Positions 1 through 12,306 of a DNA stretch of 64,000 bases are shown in pieces. The position numbers were made by a program, and so were the translations under genes. Below the pieces are notes generated by a model. It worked only from the letters and a program-made list of their open reading frames with translations. It did no database searches and had not been told where the DNA came from. Source of the stretch: Oopsacas minuta (taxonomy: Eukaryota > Animalia > Porifera); the NCBI GenBank assembly GCA_024704765.1, contig JAKMXF010000034.1:1-64000 (forward strand), in the 5' to 3' direction. Every line of letters begins with the position of its first letter. The stretch's first letter is position 1.

Positions 1-2
1 TA

Positions 3-607
3 CAGGGTGTTAAGACATTGACTTCCTGTTAGATTATTATGTTCAATTCATCTTGCGATAACAATGCCAAACTAATATTGTAATCCTTATCAAAATATAT
101 TGTAATTATGAATTATTATTTAATGTAGATTTGGAAACGTTTCATAGATAGGTATTGATTCGTTTCAACAATACTGGGATTATAGTAAAGCGACCAAATT
201 ATTTTCACAAAACATGTTTGAAACATTTTCCTTGGAAAAATTGTCTCAGCTCACAAACTAAATTAATGATATGGCTCAAAGTGGTCATGTTGCTACATAA
301 GTGAAAGATGCATGGATATGTAACTTTCTGGTATAAAAAGAATGTGAAATCCTTTTATTATGCAATTGTGGAAACTTATTATTCTGGGACGAATCGACAA
401 TAATATCGCTAGAATATATACCAAACCCTACATGAACAGTATCACCTTTTGAAAAACTATGAAATTCGCAATTTCTGTGGATTATTATTATTGAAATTAT
501 CGATAATATATTTGAATCCTTTATGAAAACAAAACAAGAAGATCTGATAAGATACAACAGTTTTATACATTTTCCAAAAAAGAGGAAATCAATTTCTTAA
601 CACCCTG
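3..607. mobile_element. Non-autonomous Tc1/mariner-type TIR element (MITE) flanked by TA
   Basis: Left end TA|CAGGGTGTTAAGACATTGACTTCC. Right end (reverse complement of 584-609) TA|CAGGGTGTTAAGAAATTGATTTCC. No transposase recognised inside. Confidence 0.75.
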
Positions 608-1745
608 TAGACGATACAAGGTGATAACATTTGATAATATATTTCATTCTAACTACCAGACTTATTATTAGTATCAGCTGACAGAAAATTTTACTGTGTT
701 GTTTATTCAGACTACATCCAAATACTGATTTGACTAACATTTGCTCAATACTTGTTACGATATTTCCAAAGTTCCAAAATATATTCTTGTAAGTAATGCA
801 ATTTATCCACTCAATGTTATGTAAAGAATTACTTATACAGACAGCTATGGGAAATATTTTCCTAATATCTCTATTTGTTCTGTTTAATTCTTTCCAGGAA
901 CACTGTCCGTATATTCTATTATCCTTTGAAAATTCAGATTTGAATAATTCATAACTCTTTACCAATTTTCGAATGATTAGCTAAGTAAGCCTCGATTTAA
1001 CAAAGTCGACAGATTTATTATAATAAGTTGCGTTCAGGCACAAGGCAAAAAATTTTATTCAAAAATTCATACTTCCTTTTCAAGTGCGCAGTGACGTGGA
1101 GCAACTGTAATCTGGAAGAGTTTACAAGATTTGAGGAGGTCCTTAGCCTCCTCACCCTCCCTATTTGCATTACCCAAACTTGCCCCAGGGATATCACATA
1201 TGATCCCTGCAGAAATTGATAAATCCAGGGAAATTGGATATTTCTGGCTTTTTTCCTCATAAAATGTGGAAAAAATCTAATTATGTGCATATAAAATTAG
1301 AAATTCGTGAAAAATTCCAAGAAAACAGGTACAAGGGGGGGGGGTTGGCAGTAACTAAGTGTGATTATAGCACTGAACCGAATTGCATAAATCCCAAAAT
1401 GACTCTCCTAAACTTTCTATTAGTTATATTATAGTCATACAATAATAGTTTGGATATTCTCTAATCCTAAGTTTCCATAGTAATTATATAAACCTATTCG
1501 AGATCTGTATCTGTGAACTTTCATAATAGAATATTATTGCACAAGTGGATTAGTAGTTATTTATTGTGTAATTAATTGCTTACGTATTTTAATCTGAGGT
1601 ATTCTTTAATCCCACCAGCAGTGAGTTATTTTTAGAACTACTTCCTTGTACTAAATTTATACAAACCTAATATTCAGTTCGTATAAATAGTTGAGATAGC
1701 TTTATTTTGCATAAATAATTTCTGTTTCTTTCAACTCTGATAGAT

Positions 1746-2675
1746 ATGTCAAACCAACAACACACTTTTTATCTTGAAACACAACCCAACGATTTCACTG
1801 GCAACATTTCACTATCTCCTCCTTCTACGCCACCTCTTCCAAGAACAGTTTCTCTTGATTCTGAAAAAGACGGACAATCTGTTTGCATCACTAGCACCAG
1901 TCATCAGTACACAGGGCCAGGGGGGCTACCACTCTCTAAATCTAACTCTATCCTCTCAGATGACACACCCACCCTTACTACACAACGTTCTAACGCATCC
2001 TCAACCTCTTCACACTCACAGCCCAAACGATTACACGTCTCTAATATTCCATTCAGAATGAGGGAACCTGATTTGAGACAGATTTTCGGTGTGTTTGGTG
2101 AGATCAGTGATGTTGAGATTATTTTCAATGAGAAAGGTTCAAAAGGTTTTGGTTTTCTAACATTCAAGAATTCAGAAAACGCTCAGAGAGCTAAAGATAC
2201 GATGCACAAGAGACTTATAGAAGGACGTGTAATAGAGGTTAATAATGCTACGCCACGGTCTGGACGTAGTAGAAGTCATTCTCATTCACGACACAGAAAC
2301 TCTCTTTACCGTTCTCCAACAGTTGATACCTCTATACCTCCTCACTTCACTACAGCATATCCTACTCCAGAAACAGCATATGCATGGACGAATCTCGTAC
2401 AAGTTGGACAGTCATTATACCAAACGCTTTACCAATCTCCTCAATTCACAACTATTCCTTATTCGCAGTATCCAACACCACCTCCTTCCGTTCAGAGCGG
2501 AGGATTCAGTGTACACTCGAGCCCAAGTTGGTCGCAAGGCAGTCCCAGCTGGTCACCGAGTAGTGGATGGGGTCAACCGAGCCCCAATTGGTCTCCTTAC
2601 CACTCCCTCACCAGTAGTCCAGCACCATACAGAAGTCCTGTACAGAATAACGATCTACGTTACACACCGTACTGA
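1746..2675 (+). CDS. RBFOX: RNA-binding Fox-1 family protein (single RRM), intronless
   Basis: [52 protein letters not shown]...IEVNNAT matches the RBFOX RRM almost residue for residue. Flanks are S/P/Y-rich low complexity. Confidence 0.93.
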   Translation: MSNQQHTFYLETQPNDFTGNISLSPPSTPPLPRTVSLDSEKDGQSVCITSTSHQYTGPGGLPLSKSNSILSDDTPTLTTQRSNASSTSSHSQPKRLHVSNIPFRMREPDLRQIFGVFGEISDVEIIFNEKGSKGFGFLTFKNSENAQRAKDTMHKRLIEGRVIEVNNATPRSGRSRSHSHSRHRNSLYRSPTVDTSIPPHFTTAYPTPETAYAWTNLVQVGQSLYQTLYQSPQFTTIPYSQYPTPPPSVQSGGFSVHSSPSWSQGSPSWSPSSGWGQPSPNWSPYHSLTSSPAPYRSPVQNNDLRYTPY

Positions 2676-5643
2676 TTCATACTGTATTTCTGAATTTTAT
2701 TCTTTCGAAGAATTAAAGTCTTCAAACTTTCTAAGAATCCGTAAATCATGGATCGTCTAGGTTCAATTCTATTTGTACATCTTATCCTAATTCAATGCAT
2801 TCGCCCCTCTCTATTTTGGCCCTGACTGATCTTATAGCTTAGCTCATTTATGCATGGATTATTGTATTCTCTTTCATTTCAAGATTCTGATAATTGATAT
2901 ATTATTATTATTATTATTATTATTATTGACTACCGCAATAAACAAATTTGACAGTTTCAAATTCTTTACATGTTATTTACTACTATTATAGCCTTGCAAA
3001 CGATTTATAGCGTTTCCAAGGAGGGATGGAGTAATTGATATTATGAATTATTCCTGAGTTAAAAAGTTTAAATCCTCATTTTAGTTAATTCGGTCATTCA
3101 CCTCCTCAATGTCATACCTCTAAATGTGTTCTTAGTAAGAATTACTGGTACTTGTATGGGAGTTTTTCTCGAAATTGGATAGAAAGATTTGTTCCAGTAT
3201 TTGTATGATTCTCGCAAAGATTCGAATAAGTCTGTCTATATTACAAACCTTGTTACTTATTTTATCTTATTTGTACTCGTGTAGTGCAGTGACCCTTAGC
3301 GACTTGTCCATGTAGCTAACTGTCTACATTTACACCTATGATATGACAAGTAGTAGTGAACAAGACTCCTTTTTAGGAAATACTTACTGAATATGTATAT
3401 TTATTCTATTCTAATTAATTGGTACCAATTTGGATACAAATGACATCACAAATATTATTAAAGTAATTTTTGTCATTAGCTAGCTCTATGAAGCGATTTT
3501 AATGTATTGATAAATAATCTATTAATTATTATGTAGGATTTGTTATATTAGTAATCAATTACGTCATTTGAATAGGATGTTTAGGGGTATATTACACCTT
3601 GTCGGATCACTTAACTATTTGATCAGATATGTATCAAATTCTTTGGTAAATTGAGAGACAAACATCCCAATTAGAGCTACAGGACACCTTGGATGAGCTT
3701 GGGACTTTGACAATTGTAGGATTCTTATTGGCTGATGTGAGTAGTTAATTGTCAACGTTTTCTGTATTGCGTCATAAACAGTGATTTAATTATTGAAATA
3801 TTAATCTAGACTGATCAGCTTTACTACCACACACAGATGTGTATTCTTCTCCACTAGTTGTAAATGGTTTAATGTATATTATAACAACTTATCGAATGAT
3901 TAATTGCATTATTCATATATTCCCTTTGATACATTTTAGTATAAGAACCTTATCTTAATATGGGAACTTATGAGGTACATAAGTTATTGTGCGGTTTCAT
4001 TGATACTTAGAATTGAATTCACACAAATTAAAATGCTATTGTCCAAACTTTTCATTCAATCATCGGTTAATAACTTGTTGTGACTTCTATTATTATTCTT
4101 AAACCTTTCTAATAACTGTACACATGGATTGTCTCAAACTACTGAATTACTTAAACTCCACAGTAATTACTAAAGTATTGTCATGATAATGTCATTGATA
4201 TAACCTCAGGCATAATTTGATCTACATTACTAGCTCATTAGCTAAATATTCAAGAGTAGATATTGATATGATCTTAACTGGGTATCCTTTTACGTTAGTG
4301 TCATAATACAAACTAGCTACAGTAATTATTCACTGAACATGTGCTTCTATTAAGGAGTTGCAATAGAAGTCACTGGTTGTGGTACTAGTCCCATCTAATA
4401 GGGTCATTATTTGTGAATTCTATTAATAACTAATTATTCAGCACAATGTATTAATAGTAACAATCATCACGCTCTGTAATATTCTATTTGTTTGCGATTA
4501 CAAATAGAAATTGGTTTCCGGAATTCAGGCTTGTCTCCATTTTTGAGGTTTTTGGGCAGCCCAGTGAGGTCTAAAATTTAATACATTAATTACGTATATA
4601 GATATTTACACAACCCAAAAATCCCGAGAACTCTAATTAAACACTTATTAACTAATCGATATGAACCTGTGTCAAGTGTATACATGTATTTGCTACCGGA
4701 TACATGTTCGTGGTGCTCGTTTGTGGCCCATACTGCTAAATCAGGATAGTCATGTTACAGTACTGGGAAGGAGTATAGTATTCACCTTCCTAGTTTTATA
4801 TTTGTCCTAAACATACTCCTAAAAGAGTACCAGGTTCCTATATATAAATAATAGAATCGCTTCCCCATTCTTTTCATTATTTGATCTAATTTTATGACTT
4901 TCATGTCCAAAGGACAATAAAACAAATACATAATAAAATAGCCTCAGCCCTCAGGTGCTCAGAATTACGTAACATCGATTCTAAGCTAGAACCGATGCAC
5001 AACATAATAATTATTTATTGGTTCAATTGCCCATTATTTCAATGCTGATTATAATAAGTAGCAAAAACTTAATAATTTATTCTAATTGAGGAGAATAATT
5101 AATTACTTATCGTGTATAATACTTCATTATTATTATTATATATTCTCTTATAAACCATCGTGAATGTTAATTCAACGAATTTCTATAAATGAATCTTGTC
5201 ATTAATATAATACACTGCTGATTAATCACCCTAGTAACAGATTCAAGCATTGCTATGTAAATTTTCATTCCTCATCATATTATGTAATAGAAATTTATCC
5301 TATGTCATCAACTACACATGATTACTAGATTTTATCATCACGTATATACCCGATGTAATTTGCTTACTATAAACAATTCGATGAGAATTTATCAAATTCC
5401 TAATGCTGGTATTCGTAACTAAGCATTTTACAACAACAACTTAATGCTACAAATATTTGAGAAAACTCATTTTCTCTAACAATTTCTGTTCATCACCTTA
5501 TTACTAACCGTAATCGATTCGTTTATTAACAAAACATGAGAATAGAAAATAATTAATTCGATCATAAACTCTTTCAGTTATAATTACTTGTTCAATTCAA
5601 TTCACCACACAATATTTCTAAAACGAATAGAAACAAAATATCC

Positions 5644-6648
5644 ATGCGTAGAGTATTTTCGGGTATCCAACCTTCAGGAATCCCTCATATCGGCAACTAC
5701 TTAGGAGCTCTCAAGAACTGGATAGCACTTCAAAATACTGAATCAGCATTACCCCCTATCTACTGTATTGTAGACCTGCATGCTCTGACAACTCTGAGTG
5801 GACATCCTCAACAACTACGTCAATTAACTATAGAATCAACAGCTAGTCTTTTAGCATGCGGACTGGATCCTAAGAAATCTATTATCTTCAAGCAATCATC
5901 AATACACCATCACACACAATTAGCATGGATACTATCATGTATTACGTCATCCGGAGTATTAGGCCGTATGAATCAATGGAAATCTAGACAGAAAACACAC
6001 AATAGCACTCTTGGGTTATTTTCTTATCCAATGTTAATGTGTGCAGATATTCTATTGTATAGATCAACAGATGTACCAGTAGGTGATGACCAGATTCAGC
6101 ACTTAGAGTTAGCAAGAAATACAGCTGAAATATTCAACAGAACTTATGAAACTGATTTTATGAAGATAGCCGAATTAATCTTACCGTCAGAATCAGGTGC
6201 GTGTCGTGTAATGAGTCTGAGAGAACCTCTTGAGAAGATGAGTAAGTCTAATCAGAGTGAGTATTCTCGTATCAATCTGTCAGACATGCCATCTGTCGTT
6301 AAGAGTAAGATTCTAAGAGCTGTCACTGATAACGAGTCTAGAGTAAGTTTTGAACCTGATACACGACCTGGAGTTAGTAATCTGGTTTCTATATACGGTA
6401 GCTATAGTGATAAAACTATTGAAATGGTATGTCAGGAATTTGAAGGTAAATCCACGCATGAATTTAAAATAGCTCTGCATGACCTGTTGATTGAAAAGCT
6501 TTACGCATACCAAACTGAATACCAACGTATTATGGAGGATAAAGGATATATACTGAACGTATTAGAACAAGGCCGGAAACAAGCATTAGAAATTGCAGAC
6601 GAGAATATGAAGCAGATTTTAGAAATGACAGGGTTATCATATAATTGA
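5644..6648 (+). CDS. WARS2: Tryptophan-tRNA ligase, mitochondrial/bacterial type
   Basis: Class I motifs HIGN (SGIQPSGIPHIGNYLGA) and KMSKS, plus ADILLY and VPVGDDQIQH. Confidence 0.92.
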   Translation: MRRVFSGIQPSGIPHIGNYLGALKNWIALQNTESALPPIYCIVDLHALTTLSGHPQQLRQLTIESTASLLACGLDPKKSIIFKQSSIHHHTQLAWILSCITSSGVLGRMNQWKSRQKTHNSTLGLFSYPMLMCADILLYRSTDVPVGDDQIQHLELARNTAEIFNRTYETDFMKIAELILPSESGACRVMSLREPLEKMSKSNQSEYSRINLSDMPSVVKSKILRAVTDNESRVSFEPDTRPGVSNLVSIYGSYSDKTIEMVCQEFEGKSTHEFKIALHDLLIEKLYAYQTEYQRIMEDKGYILNVLEQGRKQALEIADENMKQILEMTGLSYN

Positions 6649-6735
6649 TCCTATCTCACTTATTAAAATGTTTAACATGTCGAAAATGTAGATTAAAATT
6701 ATTCAATTATTCTGTTTTTATATGATAGTCTGCTG

Positions 6736-6906
6736 CAGGGTTTCTCAGCTGTGGTCATGGCTACAAAGATATTTTATCATTTTTGGTCAAGTTGATCTAT
6801 GACAATTTTGGCCAACATGACCAAATATGGCCAAACCCAAACCCTTGCGATGATACAGAATTTTATACAAAATGTGGCCATAACTCAAGAGAGTTTGAGA
6901 AACCTG
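6736..6906. mobile_element. Small hAT-like MITE with CAGG termini; related inverted partial copy at 16325-16436
   Basis: Starts CAGGGTTTCTCA and ends TGAGAAACCTG. The internal TTTTGGTCAAGTTGA and TGTGGTCA blocks recur inverted near 16350-16436. Confidence 0.5.
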
Positions 6907-6968
6907 GGTCTACTTTCAGGATTTTGATATATTTGAAGTTATTAAACAATAAATACAAATCTACTAGC

Positions 6969-7502
6969 ATGACTATCTATCGCCCATTCACATGTGACGA
7001 CTTCTTCAAATACAATAACATAAATCTTGACTCATTAACTGAGAACTATGGCATTCCATTCTACCTCTCATACATCTCACAATGGCCAGAATACTTCCGT
7101 ATCGCTGAATCTGCTTCCGGTAAGCTTGTAGGCTACATAATGGGGAAATCAGAGAGTAAGCGTGGAGTAGATGACTGGCATGGACATATAACAGCTGTTA
7201 CTGTATCACCAGATTATAGAAAACTTGGCATTGGTGCTAGTCTCATAAAATTCCTCGAGGATGTTTCAGAGAAGAAAAGATGTTACTTTGTAGATTTATA
7301 CGTGAGAGCTTCAAATGCGATTGCTGTTGGTTTGTATGAAAAACTTGGTTATGTTGTGTATAGACGTGTTCTCGGGTATTATAGTAATCCTGGGCAGCCA
7401 GATGAAGACGGTTTAGATATGAGGAAATCTCTCTCTAGGGATAAAGATAAGATGTTTATGATTCCAGTAACTCATCCTGTTAGCGCAGATGATGTTACTT
7501 GA
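6969..7502 (+). CDS. NAA20: N-alpha-acetyltransferase 20 (NatB catalytic subunit); true start MTIYRPFTCDD
   Basis: FTCDDFFKYNNINLDSLTENYGIPFY, WHGHITAVTVSPDYRKLG, FVDLYVRASN and DEDGLDMRK align with NAA20 end to end. The ORF-track extension from 6783 begins inside a MITE and is spurious. Confidence 0.95.
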   Translation: MTIYRPFTCDDFFKYNNINLDSLTENYGIPFYLSYISQWPEYFRIAESASGKLVGYIMGKSESKRGVDDWHGHITAVTVSPDYRKLGIGASLIKFLEDVSEKKRCYFVDLYVRASNAIAVGLYEKLGYVVYRRVLGYYSNPGQPDEDGLDMRKSLSRDKDKMFMIPVTHPVSADDVT

Positions 7503-7961
7503 ATTTTAAACAGTTAATTATGAGAGAGATTTTGTTGTGTAGATAGCATTTTGTTTCTATCAAATGATTCTAATAATATTTTACTGTAAACCATGTTTGT
7601 GGACTATTTCTCTTTTAGAAACTAATCATCATATTTATCCCCCATAATGAATAGTTTCCAGTTGCTATACTTCTCATGTTTGAATCGTTCCAATTATTGT
7701 GTCAATTTACATTCTATTGAATATAAACAACACAGTTCACCTAATTAGTCTACGAATCTTTATAACTCTTACATTATTTCAAGGTAGCACATATATTGCT
7801 ATTCAGACATAGTTTATTGGTCTAGCTTACCCACTAATTAATAACAATACACTGAATACAGGCTATGCAATAACTAATTTAATAAATGCCACAACGGAAT
7901 AGTTGCATTTTCCTATTCAAATAGTCCACAATTCTAACATTGCAGGAGAGCGGATAGAATA

Positions 7962-10900
7962 ATGCTATTGATTCTAATTAGCTGTATTTTGCAGGGAATA
8001 TTATTCACGAATGTTCACACGGTTAGGAGTTACGTAGACGGGGATGTTCGATTAGCTGACGCACAATATAGAGTGTCAGCTTATTACAACAGACAGTATG
8101 TATTTGGTCGGGTTGAAGTCAGTTTTGAATCTAACTGGGGAACTGTATGCTGGAATAGATGGAGTTTTTATGAGTCTAGAACCGTATGTACAGAGATAGG
8201 ATACCACCGTCCGTCTGATTGGAGCACTGCTGGACCCAATAGAATTATACAAGATGATAGAGTAATTTTGCTTGATAATTTGTATTGTAATGGTGAGGAT
8301 AGATTGATTGACTGCAGACATAATGGTTACAACAATGTCCGTGAAAGATGTACGCATTATGATGACGTCTGGGTAGAGTGTTATAGAGATTTTCCTGTGC
8401 ATGTATCAGGTAACTATTATTAAATATACTGAATTTTGGAAAGATTGTATTATGCATTCGCTATGAGTTTTTTGCTGGGTATTTCGTAACTTAGTTTCGC
8501 TCTATAGATTTACCAATCAGATTAATAAGCCAACAGGCAATTAATGCTTACAACAGTCAAAATAATACATATTTAAATGAGAACGATGTTGTTCACGCGG
8601 GATTGATACAAGCTAAACTCAACGGGGATTGGTACTACATATCTGGTGTAGGATGGGATCTTGTAGATGCTAGAATATCATGTAGACAGCTGGGTTATCC
8701 TGATGTTAATTATATCCCCGAGTATGATCCTGAAATAGCATTGAGTGAAGATCAGCTGATCCAGGTTACAATGGAGAATTTAGATTGTGTAAGCAACGAG
8801 AGAGAGCTAAAGGAATGTTACCATGATGGTTGGCTTGTTTCGGATTATGATGTGACGAATTTAGCAAGTGTTAATTGTGTAACAAAGGAACAATTCTTAT
8901 CATCAAAAGAAACGGTAATATAAGTGTCTGTGTATAATTTCAAATTACAAATGCTAGGAGCTTTAGCTAGATCAATTCTCGACTGTTGATAAACATTATA
9001 ATTGATACTACAGAGGAACTTCGTTAATACGAATTTCCGGATAAGACTAACAATATTTGCACATAATCAGGTTCCTACATTGGATATCCAATTAGTATAA
9101 CTCCGGTTAATTAATACGAACTCCGGATAAGGCAAACAAAATTTGACCGTCCGTTCGTGTTGGTACTAACGAGGCTAGTGTAATTGGGTAGGGAACTTGA
9201 TTATTCATTTTGCAATTTTGGCTAGATAATATTTTTAAGGTCAAATTGTGATAATGAAGGGACACTCTTATCATTACTTACCATAATCACACATATTATA
9301 GGACTCAGCGATATGTAGGAACCTGGGATAAGAGTGATAAGACGTACTTAATAGAATACGTGAATTAAAATTATTACTTCATAGTTATTTCGCCTGAGAG
9401 GTGGTAGCAGCTACTGGGAAGGGAGATTAGAGATTCTACACGAACTATCCTGGGGGACTATCTGTAGCAAAGATTTCACACTCACACATGCAGATATAGC
9501 TTGTAAGAGTTTAGGACTAGGAAGAGCTGAGGAAATGTTTAACACTGCAAGCAGTGGGTATGGACGTGGAATAGGAGAGATATGGATTGGAGATTTTGAC
9601 TGTAGCAACCCTTTATCAGCTGATTCTCTGCTAGATTGTGATTCTAGTGATTGGGGGTATTCTACTTGCAGATATGATCATGCTTGGGATGTTGGTATCA
9701 AATGTCAAGTTCCTAGACCTGAGAGAAAGGTATGATAATAAATAGAATAAATATCTATTAAATGAATACAAATAAAAACATTACACATTGAAAACTATTC
9801 AATAAAACTGATAGTTTTGAATGCGTAATCTTATTAGTTTTGTGAAATAATTCCTAATAGTAGTATGTATGTATTCACAAGACTTGTTATGCTCCATACG
9901 TTGTTATTATGAATTATTGAATCCATTAAATATTGAACTGACGACTTGGGGGCGCTTCATTTGTTCGATAAGTATTTTCCATGTCATTTGGAGTTGGCCG
10001 GAAGTGTCCTTGACCCCCTACTTGTTGCTAAGTGTGTTTACAACTCACTAAGAAGGTGATTGAATTGGAAATTTCTTGGATTATCCAACTAGATTGCATT
10101 TGGCAGAGAATATGAGAATTTCTAACTCACTATTTGGTTAGCAGTTATGGATTTTCATGGCATTGTCGTTGGATCTTGGCCTTAAGAATTGGCCGGAATT
10201 ATTACAGCTAGTCCGCAATTCATAAATCGTCCCGATAGCTCAGATGAAAGTGATTGAATTCCACAAATGCTACCAAAGTCCCATGAATTTAGACAAAAAC
10301 CGCTAGCGAAACACTATATGCAATCTAGTTATATAATCCTGGAAAATTCCAATTCAATCACCTTCTTAATGAGCCATAAACACACTCAGCAACAAGTAGG
10401 AGGGTCAAGGAAACTTCAGCCCAACTCTCAAGACCCCGATCCAACGATTATGCCATGAAAATCCACAACTGTGCAATCCAAATATTCAAGAAATAATTAC
10501 TTCAGATTTTCGTATAAATGAAAGCGGTCTGACGACTTCATAAATGAATCTAATGATAACAAAATGCCGCAATATGAATCTTTCTTTGGAGCAGAAAGGG
10601 CGGAAGTAAAACTTTGGTCTGACTATGAGCCAATTAGACCAGCCCCAGGCCAATAAGATAAGATACTTAAAATTTAGGGAGGAACTGAAATTTCGCTAGT
10701 TCCTGGCCGGATTGGCTCCGCTGGCCCTGTGGACCTATCCTTGAGTGAAACAAGTTGATTAACAAAATCAGAGGTAATTATATTTATAATCATTAGATTC
10801 GTATGCTACGACAATACATCTCTCGCCAATACACAATGCCTGGAGTTAAGTTCTACTACACAGAAATCTACCATGAGAATACCTGGAGCTCTCCTTGCTG

Positions 10901-12306
10901 CTACTCACTCCTGCCTCGTATCAGCACTAATAGGCTATGTAGAGAGTTAGGTGGGGTAGTATTTAGTTAATAGTATTATTTTAATTTTACAGGTGTCAAA
11001 ATGTGATTATTTGCTAATAGTATTGAATAGTATTCACACACGTTCCATTCCAAGTATTGCCAACACATTGTTATTTCCATTGTTACTGATATCGAACTTC
11101 ATATTTGTTAAATCTCGGGGACCTATCTAGCAAGATAGTAAGTAGAGCATGATAGAGCTATCTATGTGTAATATTCTTAGAATGTTAATAATAAATCTGA
11201 AATCAATCTCTAACCTAAAAGAATCTATTTATTTTGAAAATACTACCGATTACGGCCGAAATGTTTTGTCCGTAACGAAAAGGAACACTAAAATGTTATT
11301 AACCAATTCCCGCACCCAAATCGAGATTACAGCACCCTTTTGACGTCATATAATGACACATTTTCCCTGCCGTATTCAGTTAATGCAGGAGAAGAATCTA
11401 TGTACCTGTATCAGTCTATAATCATAGTCCACCTCTAATATTCCTTCCTTGTTAATTATTGAATATATTTGAGATTTCCATCTCTGTACCAGATACATGC
11501 ATTGAAATTATTGATAATGGAATGATAACAAAATATGTATAATATTATTTTGTAAATCGAAACAAAAACAAAGATTTGTGACTGTTTTTTGTGTTAAGTT
11601 TAATATTCAATTCTAACGTCCCCAAAGTTCTTTACATATTTATCACAATATGTATATAAGTGCATTAAATATTTCTCATCAAACATTCCTTATAGAGTGC
11701 AACCTATATAAGTGTGGAATTCCGCAATAAATTTCTTGAATAATCAATTTTTGTGCTAAATTTGGAAAAAAAAACACGTATTTATCGCTATGATGAATTG
11801 AAACTTTTGGTTTTCTCAGAAGAAATTACTTACAAATTTTTATATTCAACCAACAACCTTAGGGCATATTATAGTTATCAGGAAATTCGCCTGCCCGACT
11901 TCCCCACTTATAAAGGTTCTACTGTACCCCCTTTGCTTTTAACTTCCTTCGTTATTCCCATCTTCCCGTTAACTTAGCTTTGTCTATGGGAAAGAATTCA
12001 CCCTCTGAACCAATTAATTATGTATTTATCGATCCAGCTGCTTAAAACTTTGTTTGATAGCTAACTCGTACCATAACTCCATGAGCTACTTTTTGAATCT
12101 AATCTATTCTCTATAATTCTTAGGTTTGGGGTTTGGTTTACCTTATCTGAGTCGCTGTGAAACAGATCCTAACAAGAGCCAGCAATCAGGTTTAAGTGGG
12201 TATATTCTATGCTATAAACAAGAGTACTTTTCAGAGAATTGTCTGAGTCAATTAACAAAATTAGATCAGTGCTACTACGGTTATGACGTCATTGCTTGCG
12301 CAGATA
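7962..12306 (+). CDS. Exons 1-5 of the LOXL gene: signal peptide and four SRCR domains
   Basis: SRCR motifs: VRL...GRVEV...WGTVC...VCTEIG; IRL...SCRQLG; FRLRGG...EGRLEI...WGTIC; IRML...TEIYHENTW...LCRELG|LGFG...ILC...NC...QC...DVIAC. Confidence 0.88.

Noticed and set aside
2381-2856. Two TGCATG RBFOX-binding motifs in the RBFOX CDS (2381) and 3' region (2851), suggesting autoregulation
   Set aside because: A single hexamer is expected every few kb by chance, and there is no conservation data to support function.
2760-5580. Hidden gene in the 2.8-kb gap after RBFOX
   Set aside because: The frames I translated were interrupted by stops and showed no convincing motif or exon chain.
6783-6968. 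62-aa N-terminal extension on NAA20
   Set aside because: It starts at TTG within a MITE, and homology begins at the ATG at 6969.
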